Shown one piece after another: positions 22,201 to 34,898 of a stretch of 64,000 nt of DNA. The translations under genes and the position numbers were made by a program. The stretch is from contig OZ336876.1 of the NCBI GenBank assembly GCA_965287045.1, positions 26,722,001-26,786,000 of the forward strand. The letters run 5' to 3'. Numbering within the stretch: the first letter of the stretch is position 1; every line of letters starts with the position of its first letter. The notes beneath the pieces were generated by a model. The model saw only the letters and a program-made list of their open reading frames with translations. It was not told where the DNA came from and made no database searches. Source of the DNA: Carcharhinus amblyrhynchos (lineage: Eukaryota).

Positions 22201-22409
22201 CAGAACTTGAGTATTGCTGAAAAAAAATTCTGTCAAAGTTTTTCATCTTGCACTCATCAGGACAATTGTGACAACTGTCACAGGAAAAAATAACTTTATC
22301 CAGTATAAAGTTGTGTTATCTCTGACATTGGTATTCTTGCAATAGTCCTGATGATGGCAAGATGAAATGCTTTAACAGAATGTCCCTTTTCTGCAAATTC
22401 AAAGTTATG
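22201..22409. mobile_element. Miniature inverted-repeat element with a hammerhead-ribozyme-like motif in each arm (probably Penelope-derived)
   Basis: About 70-bp imperfect inverted arms. Minus 22263-22232 reads GTC-CTGATGA-GTGCAAGAT-GAAA-AACTTT-GAC; plus 22345-22376 reads GTC-CTGATGA-TGGCAAGAT-GAAA-TGCTTT-AAC. Confidence 0.7.
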
Positions 22410-23527
22410 ATTCCCCATTTATCAGCCATGACAATAACTGGATGACAAAAAAACATTGGTGATTATATGTTTCAGAACAAATGTGAACTTGTTTATAGTA
22501 ATGAATATGTTATCCAAATTAGTTTTCGATAGATAAACTAAGTCTTCCAGGGACCATAAGCAAGGTAACTGTGTCAGTGCATCGCTGTCTTTACTCCCAA
22601 AAATTGAAATACAAAGTTTGATGCTGTTTAAAGATTAACCTCTTAAGTGTAGTATTTAAAATGGATCCAGGTTCCCACGGGAAAAATGTAGGTGGTGCAG
22701 TCTTTATATCTGCTACGTGCATAATGAGAGCAATGCCAACCTGCCAAGTACAGCATTGATGTGGTGTGCATGCATCTCTGGTCACAATAATTTTTAAAGA
22801 ATACAAATATGTAAACAATATAACACAATGTTATGTGTCAGTGTGCGTCTCGAAGGAGTTGCCGGATAGAGTATCTCAAATTTTTAATAACCAATTCATC
22901 GACTGAACCACAATTCTGGACTATTGCAGGGGAAATTAATTGAATAAACAATTTTAATTATGCCTATATTTAAGCATGGCATAAGGTCACTCATCAGTTA
23001 TGATCCAACTGTACCACCCACATGATACACAGTCATGTTAAAAGAACAGTCGTGTCCCTGGCTTCTCCCCACCAATATAACTTACAGAAGCTATGTATTG
23101 GTTCCATTTTTTCAGTTCAATCTTTGAGCTGTGTACAGAAACTTATACTATTGTCAAATTAACAAATATATTCCCTTCTCAACTTTCAACTTCAGGAACA
23201 CTAGACCTTGTGTTGAATGGGCTCACCCAAAGTGATCAGTAAACCTCAGAACCGAGGTGTAACACACCTTCAAAATAACCACTTTGAATCAGTTGCTGAC
23301 TGGTTAATCCTAAATCAGTGCTGATGCGACAAACATGTCAAAGTGAAGAGGAGGATAAAGGAAGTCTTCTAATTTTTATGTAATAAAATATAGAATAACT
23401 GGGGCAATAGATCCGTGGTTCTATTTTAACATGTGAACATTAGTGTTTTTCTCTTCCTGTACCTGGTGGTGTGCAAGGTAGACTTTCATTTGTTCTCATA
23501 GCAAATCTTTCCTCCAACAGGTCACTA

Positions 23528-23720
23528 GCCTGTCACCAGACACTTCTAACTTGAGGAGTGCCACTCTGCATCAAGCATGACTGGCCAGGAGTCTCTCCCA
23601 TTCTTACCTCCTGCCATTAGCATATTGAAAGGATTTTGCAGCTTGACATTCAACCTGTTGGCCCTGCTATGAACACACCTTCCTTGGTCATCAAGTCCTG
23701 AGGTCAAACTCGAAGGTGGA
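23528..23720 (-). mobile_element. SINE body, same family as 5986-6297
   Basis: The reverse complement aligns by eye: GACCAAGGAAGGTGTGTTCATAGC...GGGAGAGACTCCTGGCCAGTCATGCTTGATGCAGAGTGGCACTCCTCAAG. Confidence 0.65.
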
Positions 23721-24026
23721 ATTTCCTCAGAAATAGGAACAGTGCCCATTTCTCCACATTGCGTGATCTGTTTAATTTTGGGCAGATAAATAATAGTGAA
23801 TAAAATATTAATAATGATTTTATTTGAGATTTTTCAAATTTATGCAATATGTTATCAAGTAATTTACAATGCATTGAAGACAGGTTCAGCAAGATAAATC
23901 AGTGTGTTTTAATTATCTTTTAAACAACATAAACCAGGCTACATACACATCAAAATTATAATTTAACTGCAACTCTATAGGTTTTAGTTTAAAACAAATA
24001 AATTAAACCCGGAGCGCAGAAAATCA

Positions 24027-24546
24027 ACAACTTGTAGCAATACAGTGCTTCAACAGGGTTAAACAGTAGCAACAAATAACATTGAGCCAAAAAAGCAACA
24101 TTAAAACAAATGACTAAATGCTACTGTCACAAAGTGGCTTAGAGAGGTGGAGAGGTTTAGGAAGGAGATCCCAAAACTTAGGGCAGAGTCGGCAAAAGAC
24201 ACAGCCAATAATGGTGGAGTGAAGGAAGTGGGAGATTCATAGGAGGCCAGCGTAGAGTCATGTAGAGCTCTTGGAGATTTGTAAGGCTGGAGGAGATACA
24301 TAAAGAGTGGATGGTGGGAATTGAACACAAGGATAAGAATTTTAAATTTGCAGTGTGATGGACTTGTATCAATTTAGGTCAGCGAGGACAAGTGTGATGA
24401 GTAAATAGGTGAGTTTTTGATTACAGGAGGCAGATTTTTTGGCTAAACTTAAGTTTATAAAGGGTGGCAGATGGGAGAGCAGCCAGGCCAGCAATGAAAT
24501 AGCAGAATCTGAAAATTAATCAAAGCATGGATGGGAACTGCAGCAC
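24027..24546 (-). mobile_element. L2-clade LINE 3' fragment
   Basis: GAGAGGTGGAGAGGTTTAGGAAGGAGATCCCAAAACTTAGGGC...GGCTGGAGGAG...AGAATTTTAAATT...GGTCAGCGAGGACAAG is typical antisense L2 ORF2 C-terminus and 3' UTR; heavily decayed. Confidence 0.65.
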
Positions 24547-26363
24547 ATGTCATGAAGATGTGCTTTATGTTGAATTATGATTTTTGATCTACCAGCTGGA
24601 AACCCGAACTGAAAAATATAGACACTAAGATGACTTGAGATTAGAGCTAAATATGTCTTCCCCAATTAACTTTGCTGTACATTGTAAGTTCCAATTTATT
24701 AGCGTGCAGACTGTCAAAAAACCCATCAAAAACAATGACTTCAGGGAATTGTGAAGGCCTCCCATCTCCTGTCCTATTAACAAAGTATTAAAACAATCAT
24801 CTGAGGTATTCAACTGTTGGGAGACAGGCATTAAGACTAATAGCTTGGACAATGTGACCCTTGTTAAGATTACTTCGCAGACATGACTTAATTAAGTCAC
24901 CCTTGAAATATGTGAATAATGTCCTTTTTTGGATCCCCTGACAGTTGGCGAAAGAAAGGCATCCATTTATGTTTTAAGCACATGTTGTTTTCAGCAGAAC
25001 TGTGTTCAAACAGCTTGAAGAGAATTGAGGTCTCTCCTGCCTTCCTTTCTCTCCAGCCCACCTACTTTGTAGTGCTGGGTTGAGTTCTGTTTGTACCCTG
25101 ACTGTGACCAACAACACCCTGCTGCAGATAGAGATTTCTTAACAGAATTCAACCCAGCACCACAATCTGCAATAGAACAAGCAACTCACTTGCCTACATC
25201 TTTCAATCAGAAGTATTGAGACCATTGGCATCAGGCTGAATTCAATCATCACCAAATTACATACTGTATATTCTTTTTACTTTTAATGGACTGTAATTCA
25301 ACCTACTAACATTCCACATTGTGTATGTGAACTTCCAAGTGTGTTATGTGTTTGAAAGCCAGAACATTTTGTTATTTTACTTGGATTGTTTTTAGTATTA
25401 TAAATCATTTCTTCAGTAAAACTCAAGAAAACTTGTCCCGTTATTTTGTTTTTAAATGAAAATCGCTCTTAAACCATTAAGTGCTGAGTTAATTGACAAG
25501 TATATCATTTTCCAAGTCAAACTATTCTGTCAAACAAGGAAGGAAAAAGGTTGAAGCTATTTGACCCTGCCTTGTCTTATTATAATAGATAGCTGGGGCA
25601 GTAGCAGAGGCAAGTTACCTTGCAGAGGTCTTTGTGATACAAAGGATATGGAATCAGAAGCTCAGTCTCAGGTTGAATAGGATGCCAAGGTTCTGAATAA
25701 TCTGGTTCAGCCAAAGCCAATAACGGAATGGGTGATTTGGCAACAAAATTTGCAACAGGGCCCGGAGACAATGGGACGAATTTTACCATCCTGCCCACCA
25801 CAGCGATAGGAGTGGACAAGGGGCAGACTGTGGAAAGGTTCATTGACCTCAGGTGGGATTTTACAGTTTCGGGGTGAGCAGGGCCTCGGTGGAGAAGAAA
25901 CTCAGAATATTACTTAACGGACCTGATCATTTATATTGGGGTTTACATTTTTAGATTTCTTTTACTGGTAACAAATGAGTGAGATAGCTTACAACCACGC
26001 AATACAAAATGTAAAATAAGCACACAATCTTTGCATCTTGAAAATTGTGCAAGTATAATTGGCTGTTGTGCACAAGCTTTTTCTGAATTTGCCTTCTGTC
26101 TTTCTTTCCCTTTACACACATACACAATTTACTGTACTGTGCCATTACATGGAACTGCATGTGCATGTTCCACTTCACTAATTCTGAATTGCTGTGGCAA
26201 CATGCATGCATGTTATAGTCTGGAGCTATGGATAGTGATGGCAGAGGCTCCAACCTCCTTTCTGTCACATGGCTCACCAGGAATCTCTCCAGCTTTTACT
26301 GTCTGCCGTTGGCATGTGCTGGAATCATTTGCATCTTGTTTAGCCACATTATAAATGCGCCTT

Positions 26364-26680
26364 CATAGACTTCCTACAGAGCAGAAGGAAGCCATCTGGC
26401 CCATCGGGTCTGCACCAACTCTCTGACAAAGCATCTTATTCAGGTCCTATCCCCAGATATTTTATTAAATTCAGGTTTCACCATCTGCCGTGTTGATATT
26501 CGAACCAGAGTCCTCAAATCCTTGCCCTAGGTCTCTAGATTATTTGCCCAGTGATAATACTGCTGCTCCACCACCTTCCCTCCTGGCCATCCTTGGTCAT
26601 CAAGTTCTGAGATAGAATTCAAACCCAGAGCTTCTGGCTCAGAGGCAGGGATGCTATCCATCTCAACATAACACCTCCAC
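26364..26680 (-). mobile_element. Cluster of three abutting SINE fragments (HE1 tail; head of the 1478-type SINE; head of the 5986-type SINE)
   Basis: CATAGACTTCCTACAGAGCAGAAGGAAGCCATCTGGCCCATCGG; TCACCATCTGCCGTGTTGATATTCGAACC; CCTTGGTCATCAAGTTCTG..ATTCAAACCCAGAGCTTCTGGCTCAGAGGCAGGGATGCTA. Confidence 0.6.
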
Positions 26681-27059
26681 TTGGAACTACAGTTAAATTT
26701 GATTTATGCTAGTGTGATTTTTTTTTAACAAGTTCTGACTAGTCACAGTTTAGCAAGAACACTACAAAACAAACATGGGAAGAAACATCATAACATGCCA
26801 GTGCTGCATGTTTACATATTGATACTATTCATTATATATTGTATGTAGTAAGTGTGCAAATACTTTACAAAGCATTAGTGAGAACATCTAGAAGTATCGT
26901 GTTCAATTTTCATCTATATGCAGAAAACTATATAAGTGAAACAATTCAAAGGGTAACACAATCCATGATATATTTTAAATTACTGAAGTATGAGCTTATG
27001 GTTAAATAATTGTATTTTTTTAAAACAGGGAAATGATTAGGGGCAGGTAAAATAATGTA

Positions 27060-28365
27060 ACCATCTGCTGCTTCTATCTCCTTCCCAAAATCCAAAACCA
27101 GACCCATCATATGAGCCTATTCCTGCCTCATGGAACTTCTCTACCCATCTTGTCTCCTTCGGCACCTTCTCCAGTCTCTGATGGCCTACATCATAGCAAC
27201 AATTTCCAGTTCCTCGACCTGACTGCTCCTTTTCACCATAGACGTCCACTTCTTCTACACCTTCGTCCCCACCAGGGGGGTCTGAAGGCTCGCTGCTTCT
27301 TCCATGAGCAGAGGCCTGAACACCCCATGTCCATCAGCATTCTCCTCTGCTTGGCTGAACTTGTTCAGTCACTCAATAATTTCTTGTTTAACTTGTCCCA
27401 CTTCTTACAAATAAAAGGCATGGCCATGGGTACCCCAGTTATGCTTGTCTTTTTGTGGGTTATGTGGAACACTCCTTGTTCCAGTCCTGCTCCTGCAGCT
27501 CTTTTTCTGTTACGTTGATGACTGTATTGGTGCCATTTCATACTCTCATCTGGACCTGGAAAACTGTTTCGATTTTGCTTCCAACTTGCACCCCTCTCTA
27601 ACTTTCACATAGTCCACCTCCAACAATTTTCTTTCTTGACCTATCTCCATTTCCCATGATAGACTGACCATCAATGCTCATTACAAACTCACCGACTCCT
27701 ACAGCTACTCAACTACAACTCTTCACACTTGCTTCCTATGAGGACTCATTCTCTCAGATTTTTCACTTCCATTATATCTATTCCGATGATTCCTGTTTTG
27801 AAAGTTACCCTTCTGATATGCCTGCAATTTTCCTTAACAGAGGATTTCTCACCACTGTAGTTACCAGGGCATTAAATCAGGTTTGACTACTTACCTGAAC
27901 TTCTGTTTTCGTCTCTTCTCCCTCCTAGAACAACGATAGGATCTTCCTTGTCCTCACTTTCCACCCCATCGTCCCGATTCACAGGATCATCCTCCGCCAT
28001 TTCTGCCAACTCCAACATGATGTTACCATGAAACATCACACTCCCACCCCAGCCCTCCTCCCCTCATCAGTGATCTGTGGTGATCACTCCCGCCATGACT
28101 CCCTGGGCACTCGTCCATCACACCCAATTCACCATCGCCTTCTCACTGCACCCTCCCTTGCAAATGAACATGGAACACTCGCCCCTTTACCTCGTCCCTC
28201 CTCGCTATTCAAGGCCCCAAACACTCCTTTCAGAGTAAGAAGCATTTCACTTGCACCTCCTTGAATTTGGTCTACTGTTTTCACTGTTCCCAATGAGTCT
28301 CCTCTACACTGGGAAAACTAAATACAAAACTGGGTGACTGCTTTGAGGAATATCTTTGCACAGCA
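27060..28365 (+). mobile_element. Decayed Penelope-like retroelement (RT and GIY-YIG endonuclease remnants)
   Basis: HFLQIKGMAMGT motif; TAC GTT GAT GAC TGT ATT GGT (YVDDCIG) at about 27511; a GIY-YIG-like FTCTSLNLVYC...LYTGKTK at about 28246-28322; multiple stops and frameshifts. Confidence 0.8.
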
Positions 28366-28899
28366 TGAACAAAGAAATTTCATGTAAACACTTTGCCATG
28401 TCGGTTATTAATATCTCAGCACACTTTCAACCCTTTTGTACATAACCAGAGGTGATGAGGTTAAGGAAGTTAGGAATTTAAGTTAAGTATTTGTGAATGT
28501 GAAACAAAAAACAAGTAGGCAACTGTAATTTTCCAAGATTAACATGCAACATGACAATATCTTTCAATATAATTAAAGGCATGTCCAGCTTATGGACAAA
28601 ATAAGGACTACAAAATACTTTAATTGAAACCATTGCGCCATATGAAATACAATCTACCAATTTTGAATGGTGAATTCATGAGATAGACTTACCACAGTAA
28701 AAACAGTTTTCTGATGGCACTCAAAATTGGATGGATTCTAGATTTAAAAGGTATTAAATGGCTAATGGAATTGGTCTTGGAGATAAGGAAGATAATGAAT
28801 AGTCACTGCATGTCCTGAAAGTGGTCCCAAATCTCAGACTGAGGGCTTCAGTAGAGTCTTGAGGTCCTACATTCTGTTGTTCTTATATTACAATGCTGG

Positions 28900-29270
28900 T
28901 GAAAGAAAGAATTCCATTTATTAATCGTTTTCACAACCTCAGGATGTTCAATGACAAATAGGAATGGCGGCAGCTAGCTCCCACAAACAGCAATGAAATA
29001 AATGCCTAGGTCATCTTTTAGATTTTGGTTCAGGGACAAATGTTGCCCAAGCCACCATTAAATCATGCCATGTGATCTTTCACATCTGTCTGTGAAGGTG
29101 TATAAGGCCTCAGTTTAATGTCCCATCTGAATGCCAATACCACTGACATTGCAGCACTCCATCAGTGCCACTCCAGAGTGCCAGTTTGGAGTCTCAAGGG
29201 TGGGATTTGCACTCTCAAACTTCTGACACAGAGGCAAGAGCAAGATGTATGACACAGAATGAACTGTATA
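28900..29270 (-). mobile_element. Deu-domain SINE, decayed
   Basis: GAAAGAAAGAATTCCATTTAT...CTCCCACAAACAGCAATG...GTTTAATGTCCCATCTGAA...GCAGCACTCCATCAGT...CTTCTGACACAGAGGCAAGAG is the reverse complement of the 49970 family. Confidence 0.7.
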
Positions 29271-29394
29271 GGTCCAAACTGGAGCTCTTTCTGCAAAGTC
29301 ATCCAGTGGATGCTGCTAAAGGCCAACTTGCCTCCCATCTCAATGGAGCTTGTGTCAGGTTTGAAGATCATGAAGGTTGAACGCTGAAACATAT

Positions 29395-29996
29395 ATTTGT
29401 TGTTAGAAGGATTGAATTTCGGAGCCGTGAGGTCATGTTACAACTGTACAAAACTCTGGTGTGGCCGCAGTTGGAGTATTGCATACAGTTCTGGTTGCTG
29501 CATTATAAGAAGGATGTGGAGGCATTGGAAAGGGTGCAGAGGAGGTTTACCAGGATGTTGCCTGTTATGGTGGGAAGGTCTTATGAGGAAAGGCTGAGGG
29601 ACTTGAGGTTGTTTTCATTAGAAAGAAGAAGGTTTTGAGGTGACCTAATTGAGGCATACAAGATGATCAGAGGGTTAGATAGGGTGGACAGTGAGAGCCT
29701 TTTTCCTTGGATGGTGATGGCTAACACCAGGGGACATAGCTTTAAATTAAGGGTTGGTAATTATAGGACAGATGTCAGAGGTAGGTTCTTTACTCAGAGG
29801 GTAGTAAGGGCATGGAATGCCCTGCCTACAGCAGTTATGGACTCGCCAACTTTAAGGGCGTTCAAATGGTCAGTGGATAGGCATATGGATAACATTGGAA
29901 TAGTTTAGGTTAGAAGGTCATTAGATTGATTCCACTGGTCGGCGCAACATCGAGGGCCGAAGGGCCTGTACTGCGCTGTAATGTTCTATGTTCTAT
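29395..29996 (+). mobile_element. CR1-clade LINE 3' end
   Basis: MLQLYKTLVWPQLEYCIQFW...[12 protein letters not shown] and RFFTQRVVRAWNALP; ends in GTTCTATGTTCTAT. Confidence 0.92.
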
Positions 29997-30119
29997 ATTT
30001 AAAAATGCTTAATCATGGGGGAATGTTGAAGCAAATATCTTGTAGTATGAAGTATGATTGTTTTTAAAAATGAAGAGGAATATAATTATCTATTTCTAGC
30101 TGTGTTTTCTCCTACAATC

Positions 30120-30588
30120 ATAGCCGGAGTATTCTGACCAATGTACATTTTCGAAAGGACGTTGGAGAGCCTTGAAAGGAGATTTACCAGAGAGGTACGG
30201 GGCTAAGGAACTTCAGTTATGTCAAAAGAATAGAGAAGCTGGGGCTGTTCTCCTTAGAAAGAAGGTGGTTAGGGGAAATTTAATAGAGGTATTCAAAATT
30301 GTGAAGAATTTTGACAGAATAAATGAAGAGAAATGGGCAGAAGGTTGATAACCAGAATGAACTTACTTGAAGTAACAGAGGCATTTTTTTCACGGCACGT
30401 TTTGGTCTGGAATGCACAGCCTGAAAGGATGGAGGAAGAAGATTCAATAATAATTTTTGTGAAGAAAAAGGAATTGGAACACTTCCAATGGAAAAAAATG
30501 CAGGTGTATAGGAAACAAGCAGGAGGATGGGAATAATTGGATCGTGCACAGGGACAATAAGCTTCCTCCTGTGCTGTAAGATTCTATG
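30120..30588 (+). mobile_element. Older CR1 3' fragment
   Basis: GAGAAGCTGGGGCTGTTCTCCTTAGA...TGGTCTGGAATGCACAGCCTGAAAGG...CCTCCTGTGCTGTAAGATTCTATG. Confidence 0.7.
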
Positions 30589-30970
30589 AGATGAATTTTA
30601 ACCAAAAAGCTGGATTGGGGTTGGAAAGTTAACATTTAAAAAATCTCAAAGCCGATCCCAATCTGCCCATATCTAGGTTTAACAGCTGGGCCAATAGGTA
30701 TGGAGCCAATATGCTCCCAGGGGATGTACTGGCAACTAAATTATTTTATTGAGGCTGGCAGCTCTAATTTAACCTACCTAGCAGGTTTAACCTTGGCCAG
30801 TTTCCTGGCCTAGCAGCTGAAGGCCAAAGCCAAGTGCCTTTACAGCGCTGTATTTTCTCATTCTCAATCAATTTCCCCCCCCACATACTTCATCCAGACC
30901 ACTTGTGATTTTGACTACCTCTATCAAATCTCCTCTCAACTTTTTCTCCAAGGAAAACAATCCCAACCTC

Positions 30971-31720
30971 TCATGGTTTTGTGAAGGGGAGGTTGTGTCT
31001 CATGAACTTGATCAAGTTTTTCAAGGAAGTGATGAAGATGATTGATGAGGATAGGCAGTCGATGTTGTCTACACAGATTTCAGTAAGGCCTTTGAAAAGG
31101 TCCCTCATGGCAGACTGATGCAGAAGGTGAAGTCGCATGGGATCAGAGGTGAGCTGGCAAGATGGATACAAAACTGGCTTGGGCGAAGAAAATAGAGGTT
31201 AGCAATGGATGGGTGTGTTTCTGAATGGAGGACTGTGACAAGTGGTATTCCTTAGGGATCAGTGCTTGGACTTTTACCGTTTGTGATATATATAAATGAT
31301 CTGGAGGAAAATGTAACTGGATTGATTAGTAAGTTTGTGGACGACACAAAGGTTGGTGGATTTGTGGGTAGTGATGAGGACCATTAGAGGATACAGCAGG
31401 ATATAGATCAGTTGGAGACTTGGGTGGAGAAATGAAAGATGGAGTTTCATCCAGCCAATTGTGAGGTAATGCATTTTGGAAGGTCTAATACAGATAGGAA
31501 ATATACAGTAAATGGCAGAACCCTCAGGAGTATTGATAGGCAAAGGGATCTGGTTGTACAAGTACACTGTAAATGGCAATTTCACTTCGGGTGAAAGATG
31601 ATATAAGGAATAACTTTTTCACACAGCAGTGTTAGGAATCTGGACTGCACTGCCCGACAGTGTTGTAGAGATAGATCAATTGTGGCTTTCAATTGAGAAT
31701 TGGATAATTAATTGAAAAGC
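30971..31720 (+). mobile_element. CR1 RT-domain fragment with internal deletion; abuts a short minus-strand CR1 piece (about 30905-30970)
   Basis: CATGGTTTTGTGAAGGGGAGG...GATTTCAGTAAGGCCTTTGA (HGFVKGR...DFSKAF); AAGTTTGTGGACGACACAAAG (KFVDDTK). Confidence 0.88.
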
Positions 31721-31924
31721 AATGGATGGTCATGCATGAATTTGACTTGTTGCCAAATGTCTAAACTGGATTAATCACAGGATATGCTCCAAAACCATTT
31801 ATACAAACAAGATGAATTTGAGTAAATATAGCCATTTCAAAAATTGATATTCTAAATTTATTTAGATTCAGATCTTGTTTTGCAAGTTGAAATAACTGCA
31901 GCTTTCATGTTCTCTTGACTATAT

Positions 31925-32546
31925 TGCCAGGCAATGACCATCTCCAACAAGAGAGAATTTAACCATCGTTCCTTGACATTCAATGATATTATTGCCACTT
32001 AATGCTCCACTGTCAACATTCTGAGAGTTTACCATTGACCTGACACTGAAATAGAGTAGCCATATAAATACCATGGCTACAAAAGCAGATCAGAGGCTGG
32101 GAATCTTGTGGCGAGTAAGATATCTCCCGACTCCCTAAAGCCTGCCACCATTTACAAGACACAAGTCAGCAGTGTAATGGAATACTCTCTTTTTGGCTGG
32201 ATGAGTGCAGCTCCAAAAACACTGAAGAAGCTTGACACCATCCAGGACAAAAGCAGCTTGCTTAATTGACACCACATCTACAAACAATCACCCCCTCCAC
32301 CACTGATACTCAGAGGCAGTAAAATGTACCATCTTCAAGTTGCACTGCAGAAACTCAAGCCTTCTTCACTGTGCTGGTTTTAAATCCCAGAATTCCCTCC
32401 CAACAGCACTGTGGGTGTGCCTACAACACACGTAGTGCAATACTTCAAGAAGGCAGTTTATCAACACTTTTTCAAGGGCAGCTAAGGATGGGCAATAAAT
32501 GCTGGCCTAGCTCACGACTCCCATTCCCATGAATGAATTTTAAAAA
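31925..32546 (+). mobile_element. Second LINE family (CR1/L2 group), 3' end
   Basis: Decayed ORF2 C-terminus CQAMTISNKRE...SHINTMATKADQRLGILWRV...YKTQVSSVMEYS...LKKLDTIQDK; 3' tail GGATGGGCAATAAATGCTGGCCTAG...CCCATGAATGAATTTTAAAAA. Confidence 0.8.
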
Positions 32547-33249
32547 TGTTGTTTGAAAATAATGTCTATGACCTGAATGTCATATATTTTGATTGAAAAT
32601 TATAGTAGATTAATGTGATAAAAATACTAAGATCTGAAATGTGTTTTGTTTGTGGAATGATTCTACACAATTCTAAATCAACGGGTGTAAGAAATAAAGT
32701 GGAATGGAAATAAATCAAGGCTGGGGAAATAAATGACAAATGCAAATAAAAAACACAAAGTATCAGAGATCAGTTAACATAAATGAGTAAGGGTTTACTT
32801 TTAAATATGTAAAGAGAGAGAACTTGTAACAGATTACAGTTTCTAGTTATTTCAATCATTTTCTGGGTCATTTCAAAAACAAATCACCATTTAGAATATT
32901 AATTAATAATCCAGAAAATAAAATATACAAAGAAAATGTAGGAATCATACAAGATATAAAAGTTCAACACATTCAAAGCTAGAATTATGAAGTTGGAGAA
33001 ACGTTTACAGAGGATCCTGCTGTCATTATGTTCCATGTTAAACTTCAACTACGTGTCATTCAGAAAGTAACTCTTTTCAGTATGATTCCAATCTACACCA
33101 AATTTCGTTCTCACTTGGACATGTCCTGCTATGATGTCCAAAAAATATAAAAGCTCTTAAACAAATATCTTTCATGGGTCATGGTAATAGATTTATTCAC
33201 ATTTGATAAACTAGTCCATTTGAAAATATCTTACGGTAGATATTAATTT

Positions 33250-33382
33250 TGGACGATAGCACAAAATTGACTGTATTGTGTCATTCACCCATTATGTGTC
33301 CCACCCAATATTTAGTTCAATGGACTTCAATGGAACAGAATACACCCTTAATGGAATACTGCTCCTTTTGTGCTACTGTCCA
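33250..33382. mobile_element. Short palindromic MITE-like element
   Basis: Terminal arms TGGACGATAGCACAAAA and TTTTGTGCTACTGTCCA (15/17 complementary), with a central GTTCAATGGACTTCAATGGAAC quasi-palindrome. Confidence 0.55.
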
Positions 33383-34898
33383 GCGCTCTTCCCCGCTGTC
33401 TTTATGGCACTTGAGCCATTGAAATAGAACGTGATTCATTATACAAGAATTTTGAACATTGAATGGCAGAGATCCTGGTTTACAAATTAAAAGTTTCTGT
33501 TATGAATACTTCTGGTACTTCAGATATTATGATGCTTCTAACAAGATTTCTTATTTGGATTTCTGTGCCTTATCAAAGATAACACTGCCCTATGTATTCA
33601 CTAAATGGAACAGTGATAACTGTCCATAGCTATTGATCCTTCATGTTCACTTTTGACGGGTGGTCTTAGAATTAAATTGCTGCCAATATTGGTAATAAGC
33701 ATTTTTTTAAAAATGGATCACAGATGGAGTTACTTAATGCTGCTCAGAAACTCTGTGCTATCGTCTTTAAATAGAGACTGTTCAGAATTTTTGTGATGAA
33801 ATTTGGATGTCTGTTCAGGAAAACACACACTTTTAAACTCTGGCACACTATAGCAGCATCAAGTGCTCCTGATTCAGATGCAGAAACAGTCAGTCTACAG
33901 CGAATTCATAAATTTTCCCAAGCACAAAAGGGTATTACTTATTGCAATGTCTTTTAAACTTGCTGCGTTTTGCTCTTATGTGAACTTGTGTCAAATGATT
34001 GTCTGTTTGGTGCTGCATATTCATGCCTATTCGGAATTTGAGACAAAATAAGCAATATAGTAAATACAAAATACCACTAGCAAATTATCTGAAACATTAC
34101 TTGATAGCAAATTGGTGATTTTCAAACATGTTTCACAGGATTTGGATGCTGGCAATGAAAGTAAAAATGGGGCAGATATAAAATTGGCCAATTTACTTTC
34201 ATCCATTTTACACCATCAAAATGACCCTCACTGATTCTATTGCAGGTTTGGATTAGAACAAAGATAGAGAAAAAATATTGAACAGGACAAAATAAATATA
34301 GCACTGATCTAGGTTGCACAATAAGAGCAGCAGCTTTAAGATAAATTATTTCACACAGCATTAAAGTTCAGTCAAGATTTTATATGAAAATTGCATCAAA
34401 TGAAAGATATGTTCAGACCCACTTTCCTTGTGTAATCAACGGCCAAGACACTGAGCCTCTAATACTCTTTTTCTGTAAATGTAAATTTTCCACCCAGCAA
34501 TTTTTGACTTCAAATTTATTTGAAGTAATAGCCTTATCAATGAAATATAATATCATCCCCACCACCTTCCCTGGTCAGCTGCACACTTATAATTGTGATT
34601 TTTGGTTGGTATAAATCAAAGCCTTACACTCTAGATATGGAAAAGAAGTTATGTTAAAAGATGCTTAGCATAAAATTTAAAAAAATAAATTTTTTATAAA
34701 TATGTACCTTCAGTCTTTGGTAGTAATTGCAAAGCAAATTTTATGCAGCTCTTTTGATACGGTAGCTGGCACTCCCTATACTAAAATAAATTTCAGCACC
34801 ACCTAATGGGCTATGATATTAATTGTGGAATAAAGTTCCAGGCTATGATTGTTGAATAAAGCACACTGCAAAGTGCAAAGGTTGGTAATTTGATTATC

